Below, one piece after another: positions 49,299-59,357 of a DNA stretch of 64,000 bases. Below the pieces are notes generated by a model that saw only the letters and a program-made list of their open reading frames with translations, did not search any database and was not told the DNA's origin. The stretch's first letter is position 1. The number at the start of each line of letters is the position of its first letter. The position numbers and the translations under genes were made by a program. Source of the stretch: an uncultured Candidatus Saccharibacteria bacterium (lineage in GTDB: Bacteria; Patescibacteriota; Doudnabacteria; UBA920); contig CAZHIA010000002.1 in NCBI GenBank assembly GCA_964532425.1, forward strand, positions 169,798-233,797, given 5' to 3'.

Positions 49299-51488
49299 TT
49301 AACTCGATAACTCCCTTATATTTTTACATTTCTCGCTCATTATCCAGCTAAATTCATCGGTTAAGCTGATAAATTTTTCGGGTTCTCCCACGCTGCCAAG
49401 ACCGTTTGCCGATAGATTACAAACCTTAAGAATTTTAAGTGCTTCCATTTCTTTGAGTGCTGTGGGCCGGGAACAGTTCAAAGCCTCCATAACTTCCTTT
49501 GTTGCCATTATTCCCTTAATATCTAGCAATGCTCGAAATAGCTTGGCTCTCGTTGTTGGCGCGCTATCGATTGAAATTTCAATGACTAACTTTAAATCAA
49601 AATTATTAATCTGTCGCCTGCCGCAAACTAACGCATGACCCCGGGCCAAGTTGTAGAATAACTGGTTAATTCGGTCCGGTTTTTCTATTACTGGCTGAGT
49701 GTACTCATATTCATTTCCGTCCACAGATTTATCTTTCCATACATTAATCACGCCGCGAAGCTTTGCTAAAAGTTGCGCGCATCGGGATATCATAACTACA
49801 GTCTCCCGATCGTCCTTAGATTTTTCCCATATCACGCCCTCAGGATTTTTAAACCATAAAGTTTGAAGAAAATCTTTTGTAATTTCTCTGCACTGTTTTT
49901 CTTTTTGTTTGTACGACTGATCAATTAACTGTTCGGCCAATTCGGTTTCACTTTTCTCTTTGGACAACATTTTTAAGAAAAACAGCCTGGACCCTAAATT
50001 GCCCATCATTTTCCATACACGCGGCGGTATAGGAGTAGAAGCGGCCAAAAGCATAAAAAGGTATTCGCCGACATATTGTCTTTGCCCATGAACTCCGCTA
50101 TCCGTATTCAACCCTTCCCCGTCCAATACGCGCGTTAAGATGCCTAATGACTCGTTTAAGTCATCATCCCTTTTCGAGAATAAGGTTGCTAAATCTCGGA
50201 TCATAAACATTTTATATTTTAAACGCGGCAATAAATCGATGTCCTTTAATTCCTCTTTGGAGACATTAGCTGAGTTGGACACAAACGAAGCCGGAGTAAA
50301 TTTGTCCGTGGCGTAAGTCAATCCTTCAATTTCAGAGAAGAAGTTTATTGCGATGGTTTTTCCGGATGAAGGCACGTCCACAAAAACTAAAGCAAACGGA
50401 TTTGTAACATCAGTTATTAAAATTTGGGCCATAATGGATAAACCGACTTCAGCTGGAAATTTTAATTCTGGAAAATTTTTTATCACCACACTCTTCCAAT
50501 CCGGAAAGGCTACTTCCCGGTCAATTTTATCGATTTTTTTAATACGTGGTAGTTCTTCCAAATTTAAGATTTCCTTAGCGTATTTGCTGGTTAAGTCTTC
50601 AATGTTTCCATCCAGCTTAATTAAAAAATCCGTTATATCGCCGCCTGTTCCGACTTCTTTAGGCAAAATAACTTTGTACAAGCTTTTATGCCCGGCTTCT
50701 TTAAATTTGTATATAAGTCTTTCGGCTCCTTCTCTTCCTGCTTTGTCATTATCAAAACAAACATAAATTGACTTTACGTTCAAAAGATTTTTTACCCAGT
50801 CATCCTTAAATGTTCCGGCCCCATGAGTGGATGTAACAGCACTGATGCCCCGGCCCACAAGTGCTAAACGATCTAATTCGCCCTCACAGATAATAATTTT
50901 TTCCGTACTGAATGGCACTGTTTCCCAATCGTATAACTGAGCTTCCCCGGAAGGGTAAGTCACTTTTTCTTTGCCTTCTTTTGGGTTTCTTCTTAGTTTA
51001 AAATATGCATAATCCCCACTTTGGTCTTTAATTGGTATAGTTATCCAAGTCTTGCCATAAAAATTGCCAAACCCTAATTTATATTGCTTGATGACAATAT
51101 CTGAAATTCCCCGGTCGTTTAGATAACGCCTAATATCATCTGGTATATTAGCGTGGCAACTTTCAACTAGCGCATTATCAAAATTTACATTATCGCTTTC
51201 ATTGTATTTTTGTTTTTTCGAACTTGGCTCTTTCCAATTTAAAGCAATATCTTTCAGTTCATCGCCCCAAAATTCGCGCAATGTATGAATGTTCCCCTGA
51301 GTACCGCATTTTTTACAATCGTACTGGCCTGTTTTTTCGTCAAAATATAAGTGTGCTTCTTTACCGGAACTGTCTTCATCACAACCACTAAACAAACAAT
51401 GAGTTACAAGTTCACCATTTGCGCGCTGGTATTTTACCCCTTTTCTGTCTAAATATTCCTTTATTGTTATGGTTTCAAAATTTTGCAT
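49299..51488 (-). CDS. Zinc finger + TOPRIM primase fused to a P-loop helicase-like domain
   Basis: CLFSGC..H..CKKC; ICEGELD; CFDNDKAG; PSSGKT Walker A; C-terminal HTH-like segment. Confidence 0.88.
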   Translation of the reverse strand: MQNFETITIKEYLDRKGVKYQRANGELVTHCLFSGCDEDSSGKEAHLYFDEKTGQYDCKKCGTQGNIHTLREFWGDELKDIALNWKEPSSKKQKYNESDNVNFDNALVESCHANIPDDIRRYLNDRGISDIVIKQYKLGFGNFYGKTWITIPIKDQSGDYAYFKLRRNPKEGKEKVTYPSGEAQLYDWETVPFSTEKIIICEGELDRLALVGRGISAVTSTHGAGTFKDDWVKNLLNVKSIYVCFDNDKAGREGAERLIYKFKEAGHKSLYKVILPKEVGTGGDITDFLIKLDGNIEDLTSKYAKEILNLEELPRIKKIDKIDREVAFPDWKSVVIKNFPELKFPAEVGLSIMAQILITDVTNPFALVFVDVPSSGKTIAINFFSEIEGLTYATDKFTPASFVSNSANVSKEELKDIDLLPRLKYKMFMIRDLATLFSKRDDDLNESLGILTRVLDGEGLNTDSGVHGQRQYVGEYLFMLLAASTPIPPRVWKMMGNLGSRLFFLKMLSKEKSETELAEQLIDQSYKQKEKQCREITKDFLQTLWFKNPEGVIWEKSKDDRETVVMISRCAQLLAKLRGVINVWKDKSVDGNEYEYTQPVIEKPDRINQLFYNLARGHALVCGRRQINNFDLKLVIEISIDSAPTTRAKLFRALLDIKGIMATKEVMEALNCSRPTALKEMEALKILKVCNLSANGLGSVGEPEKFISLTDEFSWIMSEKCKNIRELSS

Positions 51489-51515
51489 AAATTTTTATTT
51501 CGTAGAGGCTCGGGC

Positions 51516-51761
51516 TTAAAGCATGTTCGCTATAGCCTGAGTTAATTCTTTTAAGCCTTTTTCATACTGGCCGGGATGCAGGGCGAATATTCCGGAGTGG
51601 AATTTTGCTATTGCACTTATTAATTTATAGCTATAGGAAAAATTAAATATCACTTTATATTCCTTGCTATAAATATCAATTACGCGAATTGGAAACAAAG
51701 TACTAAGTTTTACTGCTAACTGAAGATCGCTAATTGGATATAGATTCCCTTGTTTAGGCAT
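51516..51761 (-). CDS. Small DUF5659-like phage/island protein
   Basis: SDLQLA..L..F..KVIFNF pattern upstream of the primase. Confidence 0.55.
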   Translation of the reverse strand: MPKQGNLYPISDLQLAVKLSTLFPIRVIDIYSKEYKVIFNFSYSYKLISAIAKFHSGIFALHPGQYEKGLKELTQAIANML

Positions 51762-51974
51762 AAATTTATTTTTAATTATTAAAACCTACTTTACCCCGGG
51801 CTGGAAGGTATGGAACCAGCCAAGGATATAGTAGGCTTTGCATACCTTTTGCTATTTACACAATGAACTATAGCAAAGGTAAAAATGAGCAAAATTAATT
51901 ATCACAATTTTTTGGCAACCTCTGTGGATATAACAAAAAAAGCCTGTTTTTACAGGCCAATTTGTTGTACCTAT

Positions 51975-52961
51975 TTATTTTTTTGATAAATTTGCCTCCT
52001 TTTTACGAAAACTATTCCAGCAACTTTCGGAACAAAACTGCCGTGGCACCCCATTCAAAGCATGGATGTTATCCAATGAAGAGTGCTTACCACAACACTC
52101 ACACTTATTTTTTGTCACCGCGATAACAGAAGGGATTTCAAACGTCTGATTTTCCTTACGTCTTTCCAAATAACATTTTCTATTTTCTGTTTGGTTACAG
52201 AAACTTTCCTTTTTTATCCTTTTTAAACTTTTACCACATCTGCCACATATAGTGGTATATTTATTTTTGCACTCGCTTCTTAATAGCTCCAAATCTGAAA
52301 TAATATCATCGTACCCAAAGGAGTCAACTACTAAAGGGAAGTACTTAGAAATGCACTGCTCGAGAAATTGAACAGCCTCAATTTTATCTTTTGGGATTTT
52401 TTTGGTATGGATGTTTATGATTTCCAAAATTTCATCAAAAGCAACATTAGGTAAATTTAAAATTTGTTTTCTTGTAAGATTATATTTTTGGATAAAATCT
52501 CTTATCTGTTTATTTTGAAAATCCTTATATTTTGGTAAAAATATTTTTTCAAATTTGTTATTTAAAGACAACCCCCTGTCACTTAGAGAGCGTAAGCGTT
52601 TCAATGCCCGATATGTAAATAATTTTTTATACTTATCTGAGTGCGAATTTTCAAAAGTTGCAAGAGATTCCTCATCTGCTGTCCTGATACATTCTTCAAT
52701 TTCATTTGTTCCAAAAATAGCACGTTGGCTATCCTGCCTCATAAAATCAATCGGATCAACACCTTCAAATATTTGATCATCAAATTCACTTTCGGCTTGT
52801 TTAAATACAGCTAAAAGAATAGTGCTAACGCTTGCTCCAATTTCTAATAAATAAAGCAAATCTTTATGTACCAACTGGTCTTCGTATTGCTGCAATAAAG
52901 ACTGATAAACCCGGGAAAACCGCTGGTAGGTTTTTTGGTAAATGTGTAATGAATTTTCCAT
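51975..52961 (-). CDS. Hypothetical protein with C-terminal Cys clusters (possible regulator)
   Basis: CGRC..FC..C; CECC..FCSESC. Confidence 0.7.
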   Translation of the reverse strand: MENSLHIYQKTYQRFSRVYQSLLQQYEDQLVHKDLLYLLEIGASVSTILLAVFKQAESEFDDQIFEGVDPIDFMRQDSQRAIFGTNEIEECIRTADEESLATFENSHSDKYKKLFTYRALKRLRSLSDRGLSLNNKFEKIFLPKYKDFQNKQIRDFIQKYNLTRKQILNLPNVAFDEILEIINIHTKKIPKDKIEAVQFLEQCISKYFPLVVDSFGYDDIISDLELLRSECKNKYTTICGRCGKSLKRIKKESFCNQTENRKCYLERRKENQTFEIPSVIAVTKNKCECCGKHSSLDNIHALNGVPRQFCSESCWNSFRKKEANLSKK

Positions 52962-53034
52962 ACCTTTTTCTTTATTTTACTCCCTATTTCCAGTTTGGGA
53001 AATTTGCTGTAAAATATAGGTACAATTGAATAGA

Positions 53035-53190
53035 GTAGCCTAAACCTTGCAGTAATGCAGGGCATGGCGAAAAAATCCGGATAAGAACAGAGACGGTCAT
53101 CGTCTTGCTTTACTTATCCGGTTATCATCCGAAAGGGTGGTAGGCCTATCCCGAAAGGGAAAAGCCATTGCAAGCGGTGGCCCTTTTTGT
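53035..53190 (+). ncRNA. Candidate structured ncRNA
   Basis: Four hairpins, three with GNRA loops, in a GC-richer patch of an AT-rich intergenic region. Confidence 0.55.
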
Positions 53191-53256
53191 TATCCGTATA
53201 AAATTAATAATCGAAGTTTATTTTAGAGAAGCAAAAATAATTTTATTTAAAAAGGT

Positions 53257-53775
53257 ATGAAAAGAGAATTGTGGAATTCAATTTTAAACTCATTGCCAGA
53301 TACGAGAGCCTCAATCATTGCACCAGAAGATGTTGAGGAAGCAGCGGATATGCTAGATGCAGACAATATAAATCATCAAAAATTCTTGTCTAATATGGAA
53401 GCGTTTTTTGCAGGGCCAAATTTTAAAACGCGCGCAATTTTACGGGGACAAAATATTGAAGAAGACATGACATCCTCGATGAAATTTTTTGCCGGAAGAA
53501 TTGACAAAAAAGCTCCAGCAATCCCCATATGGTTTTACAGCGCTTACCCTGATGTAATGAACTGGTTTACCGAAAAACAAAAACAGCTAATTTCTTCCCG
53601 GGATACTGATTTCATAACGGCCGAAAATTCCAAATTATATGGTATAAATATTTCTGATCCATTATTAAACATACAGAATATTACAAACAGTAAGGGCGAA
53701 ACCAAACCAAAGTATTTAAAAAATTTGGTACACAATTTTAAGATTACGTTTGGTCAAAAACTTGAAGCACAGTAA
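53257..53775 (+). CDS. Hypothetical protein
   Basis: 172-aa ORF. Confidence 0.7.
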   Translation: MKRELWNSILNSLPDTRASIIAPEDVEEAADMLDADNINHQKFLSNMEAFFAGPNFKTRAILRGQNIEEDMTSSMKFFAGRIDKKAPAIPIWFYSAYPDVMNWFTEKQKQLISSRDTDFITAENSKLYGINISDPLLNIQNITNSKGETKPKYLKNLVHNFKITFGQKLEAQ

Positions 53776-53789
53776 TTTTGCTTTTAAAT

Positions 53790-54104
53790 ATGGCAAGGAA
53801 AAATTATTATCCCATATTCCAGATAATCTCAATCATTTTGCTATTGCTGGCCATCCCTTCTGTCTGGCCTTACGGTGTTTATCAATTTGTAAAAATTGTT
53901 GTATTCTTAACGTGCATTTACAATATTTATATTTTGAAAGAGAAGGACCAGATTTGGACAATTTTGTTTATAGTATTAGCTCTCCTATTTAATCCCGTCG
54001 TTCCGATATATTTGTCTAAAAACTTATGGCAAATAATTGACGGCATTTCGGCAATAATCATTTTTACAAATTACGCTAAATTTAAAAAAATTATTAATCC
54101 TTAA
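53790..54104 (+). CDS. DUF6804-like membrane protein
   Basis: WPYGVYQ, LLFNPVVPIYLSKNLWQIID. Confidence 0.75.
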   Translation: MARKNYYPIFQIISIILLLLAIPSVWPYGVYQFVKIVVFLTCIYNIYILKEKDQIWTILFIVLALLFNPVVPIYLSKNLWQIIDGISAIIIFTNYAKFKKIINP

Positions 54105-54109
54105 AACAC

Positions 54110-54385
54110 ATGGGCGAGCACTGGCAAAAATTGCTTTTCAAAAACTTAAAACGTGAACCTAATTCTAAACCCCTGGTTTTTGAAATTTTATTTTTGCTTG
54201 GGGAAGAAAAACCTTCGGACCCGGTACAATATATCAAGGACTGGCTTTTAAGCCATCCAGCCGAAACAGAACGATTAAAAGACCAGGAATTGCTTAACAG
54301 GGAAGCTGAATTTATATATAAGCTTTCTACCGGCGAAATTCCTTTCCCGGAATATTGCACACGAGTATATAAAAAGATTGATTAA
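54110..54385 (+). CDS. Hypothetical protein
   Basis: Operonic 91-aa ORF. Confidence 0.6.
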   Translation: MGEHWQKLLFKNLKREPNSKPLVFEILFLLGEEKPSDPVQYIKDWLLSHPAETERLKDQELLNREAEFIYKLSTGEIPFPEYCTRVYKKID

Positions 54386-54389
54386 ATTT

Positions 54390-54432
54390 AACTCGCTAAA
54401 TATGCTATAATTTAAGCATAAATTAGCGAGTT
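54390..54432. promoter_or_regulatory. Palindrome wrapping an extended -10 element
   Basis: AACTCGCTAA/TTAGCGAGTT and TATGCT/AGCATA arms around TGCTATAAT. Confidence 0.5.
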
Positions 54433-54456
54433 TTTAATTTTAGTGTTGTCAAAAAA

Positions 54457-56730
54457 ATGACAAATTACGATTTCAAAAATTTATCTCCTCTGGACTTCGA
54501 GGTCCTAGTTAAAGACCTGCTGGAGGCGAAGTTAAAAATTAATTTAGAAAATTTTATTGCCGGTCCGGACGGAGGCGTTGATTTAAGGTATTGCTACGAC
54601 TCGAAAAATGAATTAGTGATCCAATGCAAAAATTATTTTGATTTCAACCAATTACTAAGAGTTTTAAAAAAGGAAGTTAAAAAAGTAAGAGAACTAAAAC
54701 CTAAGAGATATATTGTAGCCACCTCTGTCGGGCTGACTAGGCTACGAAAGGCCAAAATTCATGAGCTGTTTAAGCCGTTCATGCGTAAGCCATCTGACGT
54801 TTACGGGGCAAGCGATCTGAATTCCATAATATCTAAAAATAAGGATATTGAGCGGTCCCACTTTAAGCTCTGGCTATCCAGTACCAATATTCTAAATACC
54901 ATTGTTCACAGTAAAGTCGTCAACCAGAGCCGTTTCGAGATGGATAGGATAAAGGACGCTGTAAAAGTTTATGTCCCAAATGAAAGTTTTAATGAAGCTC
55001 TTAATATCTTGCAGCAAAGACATGCTGTAGTAATTTGCGGCATCCCCGGTATCGGCAAATCCACATTAAGCCGTATACTGGCTTACCATTATTTAGCCAA
55101 TGGTTTTGACGAGTTTATTTATATTTCAAATTCCATTTCAGAAGCCTATGAGCTTTACGAGGATGGGAAAAAACAGGTATTTTTCTTTGACGATTTTTTA
55201 GGGAAACGGCTTTTGGAAGAAAATCTGGAAACAAACGAAGATCAAAATATCTTACGTTTTATGGAAAAGGTCGCGGATTCAGAGGATAAAATTTTGATTC
55301 TGGCCACAAGGGAGTATATCTTAAACCAAGCAAAGGAAAAATTTGAAAATTTAAACCAACACCGGGTGCAGTTATCGAAGTGCATTTTAGATCTGAAAAA
55401 ATACACAAATTTTGTACGCGCAAAAATTCTATACAACCATTTGTTTTTTTCTAAACTGCCGGAAAAATACATTGAAAATTTAGTATACCATAAAAATTTT
55501 CTCGATATAATCAAACACAGAAATTATAATCCCCGGATAGTTCACACGATCACGCAAGATCAAGATGTTTGGAAAAATATCTCACCTGAAAATTTTTACG
55601 ACAAATTTATAGAATATCTTGATAAGCCATTCAGTATATGGGAACATGTATTTTCGCATCAAATCTCGCCACTTTCCCAGGCCCTTCTTCTTATCCTGGC
55701 CCAAACAGACACCCCAATATTGAAAGATGATCTCGCGGATGCGGTTTCCGCGTTCGGAGCTAAGTTTGGCAATAAGTATGGTTTTAAGTTTAATGAGCGG
55801 GATTTTGAACATGCCCTAAGAGAATGCGAGAACACGTTTATAACCATAGACAAGGACCCAAATAACCACCTGTATATAGATTTCCAAAATCCTTCAATTC
55901 AGGATTTTTTGATTTTGTATATTAGCCAGGACGAAAAACTTACATTTGACCTGATTACGGCCGCCCATTTTTTTAACCAAGCAATTAACATGCTTTCGAA
56001 GCCGATCAATAAATCATCCACGATTGAACCGGCACAACTCAAACGTGAAGTTAAGCAAAAAGTAATGGAAAATTTTGCTATACTTCGAAGTTCTGGACTT
56101 ACTAAAACCACTATGGCGGGTAAAGCTGATGACTGGTGGTGGTCAAAAGCCAATGACACCGAACTATCCAGGCTAAACATACTGTTCAATAAATTTGGGC
56201 AGGATCAGGACGTGAGGCAACTTATTAAAGAACGAATTATTGCGATGGATGAAAAGAAGTTTAACAACGCTGATGTGCCGTACTATGTCAACCTTCTTGC
56301 TGGCCTGGGCAAATCCATAGGCAAGGATCCTGCCGAACTAATTAAAAACCTGTCCTCCAGCATTTACTTTACCGACGGCATCGATCAGCTTGAGAGGCTT
56401 TCTAAAGTCTACCCTAAGGAATACCGTGCTTTTATCAAGGGCACTGAATTTTCAAATTTAGTAGACTATACCATAGATAATGAAATGGAAAATACTGACG
56501 ACGATGGTTTAGAAGAATTAAGAGACAACGTACAATCTTTGCAAAGAAGGTTTAACCTGGACCTATCGGAAAAACTCGACACTATCCAGGAGATGTTAGG
56601 AGATGCCCGGTCCCGACACTATGCTGAGATGGACCCCGACGATTACCGGGTTAATTACGATGACCACCGAGAAATTTCTGACGGCGAATTAAGGGCCATG
56701 TTCGACACCCTTCGAACCGGCCAAAAATAA
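54457..56730 (+). CDS. Mrr-like restriction endonuclease fused to nSTAND3-type NTPase
   Basis: DFEVLVKDLL, DGGVD, IQCK; GIPGIGKS; FFFDDFLG; TREYI; YNPR. Confidence 0.85.
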   Translation: MTNYDFKNLSPLDFEVLVKDLLEAKLKINLENFIAGPDGGVDLRYCYDSKNELVIQCKNYFDFNQLLRVLKKEVKKVRELKPKRYIVATSVGLTRLRKAKIHELFKPFMRKPSDVYGASDLNSIISKNKDIERSHFKLWLSSTNILNTIVHSKVVNQSRFEMDRIKDAVKVYVPNESFNEALNILQQRHAVVICGIPGIGKSTLSRILAYHYLANGFDEFIYISNSISEAYELYEDGKKQVFFFDDFLGKRLLEENLETNEDQNILRFMEKVADSEDKILILATREYILNQAKEKFENLNQHRVQLSKCILDLKKYTNFVRAKILYNHLFFSKLPEKYIENLVYHKNFLDIIKHRNYNPRIVHTITQDQDVWKNISPENFYDKFIEYLDKPFSIWEHVFSHQISPLSQALLLILAQTDTPILKDDLADAVSAFGAKFGNKYGFKFNERDFEHALRECENTFITIDKDPNNHLYIDFQNPSIQDFLILYISQDEKLTFDLITAAHFFNQAINMLSKPINKSSTIEPAQLKREVKQKVMENFAILRSSGLTKTTMAGKADDWWWSKANDTELSRLNILFNKFGQDQDVRQLIKERIIAMDEKKFNNADVPYYVNLLAGLGKSIGKDPAELIKNLSSSIYFTDGIDQLERLSKVYPKEYRAFIKGTEFSNLVDYTIDNEMENTDDDGLEELRDNVQSLQRRFNLDLSEKLDTIQEMLGDARSRHYAEMDPDDYRVNYDDHREISDGELRAMFDTLRTGQK

Positions 56731-56743
56731 TCTTATTTAGCAT

Positions 56744-57301
56744 ATGGAAAACGAGGTCAAACAAATAGTCGAAAAATCTATCCTGGAGATAATTGAGGAA
56801 TTTAATAGTAATCCGGACGTGTTTCTTACGGAAGAAGATGTAAGGTGCCATCTAGTCGCTAAACTTTTACAGAATAAACAGCTATCGACTCTGGCCGATA
56901 CCGCAGACGGCTCAAAATCCATTCCGATTCATACCGAAGTACGGTGGTACGGGGCAAGCGGAAAATTACGTTACAGATCCGATATTGTTCTGCTTAAAAC
57001 AAATTCTTTAAAAACAAAAAGATCCTTCCACTTGCCCACCAAAGGATATTCGTTTGATGAATTCTACTCGATTATAGAAGTTAAATTGCGCCGCATACGT
57101 CCGAGGAGCGACAAAAAATATTTAACTCTCATTAAAGAAGATTTTGAACGTTTACAAGCTTTGATAGAAGATACACCTGGAGTAAACGCAACTTTTCATT
57201 TGATCTGCTTTGATAAAAAATCTGATCTTTCTCCTAACCTGGACCGGTATTATCATGATCCCAAAATAAAATTCCAGTATATTTTTAAAGATTGTCGCTA
57301 A
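56744..57301 (+). CDS. PD-(D/E)XK-like nuclease
   Basis: TEEDVRCHL, IHTEV, SDIVLL, IIEVK. Confidence 0.7.
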   Translation: MENEVKQIVEKSILEIIEEFNSNPDVFLTEEDVRCHLVAKLLQNKQLSTLADTADGSKSIPIHTEVRWYGASGKLRYRSDIVLLKTNSLKTKRSFHLPTKGYSFDEFYSIIEVKLRRIRPRSDKKYLTLIKEDFERLQALIEDTPGVNATFHLICFDKKSDLSPNLDRYYHDPKIKFQYIFKDCR

Positions 57302-57311
57302 AAATACGGGT

Positions 57312-58265
57312 ATGAACTTTCTAAGAAAAATATTTGCCAAGAAAAACCTTATTTCCAGGAGCACAACTCCAACAAATGAACTAAGCACCCACGTTGCAAT
57401 TCCAGAACCTACTAAATCTTTACTTTGGATAACGAACGAAAACGCTTCTAAAATCAGATCAGCCGGATCAATCCGAATCACTATCACTCTATCTGATACA
57501 GGGGTAAAAACTACTCAGGGAGACCCCGATGACAGTAATAATTTTTTCTCTGAGCCGAGCCTTATTTGGACCAAGTTGCCGGTTTTGCCGAACTCCAGCC
57601 TGGAAACAAAACCGATGTATTACCCTTCCTACTCCGGCCTTTCCCCGGCTCACCGGTACCAATACTTAAAATGGCTGGCCAATGTTGAACAGCCGACAAA
57701 TTTAAGTTACGTATTCCTTTATTACTATGGTTTAGAAAGACACCTACTTATCGGAAACTACGATGGCGCAGTAGATGAAATATTACGCCTGATAAAATTC
57801 CACGATCGGGGAACTTTTAAAAGCTACGCAACGACGGCTCTATTAGTAGCTAGCCTTGAGCGAAAAAGACCGGATATTTTTCAAAAGGCTCCTTTTTTAT
57901 TGGAACAACTTACCAATGAAGGCATACTGCTTAGATTCCTAACAGGTAATAGCCTTACAGCAAAAGAGGTGATGAGCTTAGCCTCGCAAGTTGGCTTTAA
58001 AAATAAACGCTACATTAAATTGCGCCCGGTAGATTTTGAGGAAGAACTACAAAATAGAATTGACCGCTCTGAAATTTCAATAAAAAATACCATAACTTTA
58101 TATTCTTTAAAAACGGAAAACTCTACAGCTTTTGCTAACCTCTCTATACCCGATCACATCAGGACAATAAAAATACCTCAAATCTTATACGATGAAAGAT
58201 TTAAGGCAAATCTCCTGGCTCTTTTAGAACAAACACACGAAGCCATCAAAAATAGGCCACGTTGA
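57312..58265 (+). CDS. TerB N-terminal domain protein
   Basis: YYPSYSGLSPAHRYQYLKWL, YVFLYYYGLERHL. Confidence 0.85.
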   Translation: MNFLRKIFAKKNLISRSTTPTNELSTHVAIPEPTKSLLWITNENASKIRSAGSIRITITLSDTGVKTTQGDPDDSNNFFSEPSLIWTKLPVLPNSSLETKPMYYPSYSGLSPAHRYQYLKWLANVEQPTNLSYVFLYYYGLERHLLIGNYDGAVDEILRLIKFHDRGTFKSYATTALLVASLERKRPDIFQKAPFLLEQLTNEGILLRFLTGNSLTAKEVMSLASQVGFKNKRYIKLRPVDFEEELQNRIDRSEISIKNTITLYSLKTENSTAFANLSIPDHIRTIKIPQILYDERFKANLLALLEQTHEAIKNRPR

Positions 58266-58276
58266 ATAATTAATGC

Positions 58277-58540
58277 TTATTTTCCTATAAGCGTACAGAA
58301 TATCATCCTGTGTTTGCCTGTTTTAATACCAAACAAGGTATAGTAAGTAATATCTACTTCGCTAACAGTAAATGATTCAACCTTAGGCGTTAAAATCAAC
58401 GAGGCCGGAAATTTCGGCATGTCCTGAGAAGCTATGGCCGTACAAGAATTGGATCCAAGATCGGGATTTTTAATCACTATTTTTGGAATGAAAATACCGA
58501 CTAATAGAACAAGTAACGCAATAACAATCCACCTACTCAT
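58277..58540 (-). CDS. Small membrane-anchored protein
   Basis: N-terminal TM, Cys pair, YTLFGI. Confidence 0.6.
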   Translation of the reverse strand: MSRWIVIALLVLLVGIFIPKIVIKNPDLGSNSCTAIASQDMPKFPASLILTPKVESFTVSEVDITYYTLFGIKTGKHRMIFCTLIGK

Positions 58541-59357
58541 ACAAGCTCCTGGTATCATTAAAACCCATAATGTCTCCGGCCGGTGATATAACCACCTGTA
58601 CGAACGGAGCCATATCCTCGCCTTGCGGCTTGTTTTTTAAAACCCATTGGAAGGCGGCTTGCTTGCCGTCTTTGGATGTTTCCGTATAAGTAAAATCAGA
58701 ACTGTTTTTAATTTGCTCGAAATCGGAGACATGTTTGGCTAAAAACTGGTAGCCAATTTGTTTGAGTCGAGTTTGAGTAAGTTCCGGCTTTACGCGGTAC
58801 GCGTCTGCTGAACCCTGGGCCGGAGCGAACTGAACAACTTTGTTTGAAGCCGGATCAACTGAATATTCCATGCCTTTATCGTCCCGGTAAACGTCCACAT
58901 TTTTACCGTTGCTCGAATATAAATTATCCCGAATGTCCCAAAGCGTAATTTGCAAAGACTGGTCTTCCCGGATGTCTTTAATATTTGCCGTTGCCGTAGC
59001 GATGGCTTGCGGATCTTTGTTTTGAATCTGGAGCCGCTTAACCGTATCCTGCAAGTTGGCCCTCTGTTGATTATATCTTAAGTCGTAATGTTCGCACTGG
59101 ACCGTATCATCCGGAGTATCGGTTAAACAGCCGTGCCGGTAGCGATAATTGATTAAGGAATTAAGGTCCGATTGGATAGCCTGGATATCTTTGTTGGTTT
59201 TTAGCCAGACCGGAATCATGCCGTCTACTTCCTGTTTTTCTGAAACTTCAGCGACAAGCGTTTTATTATTTAGTTTTAGCTGTCGGTATATGCCAAAACC
59301 TATTAGGGCAAGAACGACTACCCCACATCCAATGTATAAATATTTTTTTCTGGTCAT
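58533..59357 (-). CDS. Membrane-anchored extracellular protein
   Basis: N-terminal TM; ATGA overlap with the upstream gene. Confidence 0.7.
   Translation of the reverse strand: MTRKKYLYIGCGVVVLALIGFGIYRQLKLNNKTLVAEVSEKQEVDGMIPVWLKTNKDIQAIQSDLNSLINYRYRHGCLTDTPDDTVQCEHYDLRYNQQRANLQDTVKRLQIQNKDPQAIATATANIKDIREDQSLQITLWDIRDNLYSSNGKNVDVYRDDKGMEYSVDPASNKVVQFAPAQGSADAYRVKPELTQTRLKQIGYQFLAKHVSDFEQIKNSSDFTYTETSKDGKQAAFQWVLKNKPQGEDMAPFVQVVISPAGDIMGFNDTRSLYE

Noticed and set aside
51923-51931. DnaA-box-like TGTGGATAT
   Set aside because: A single imperfect copy is insufficient evidence.
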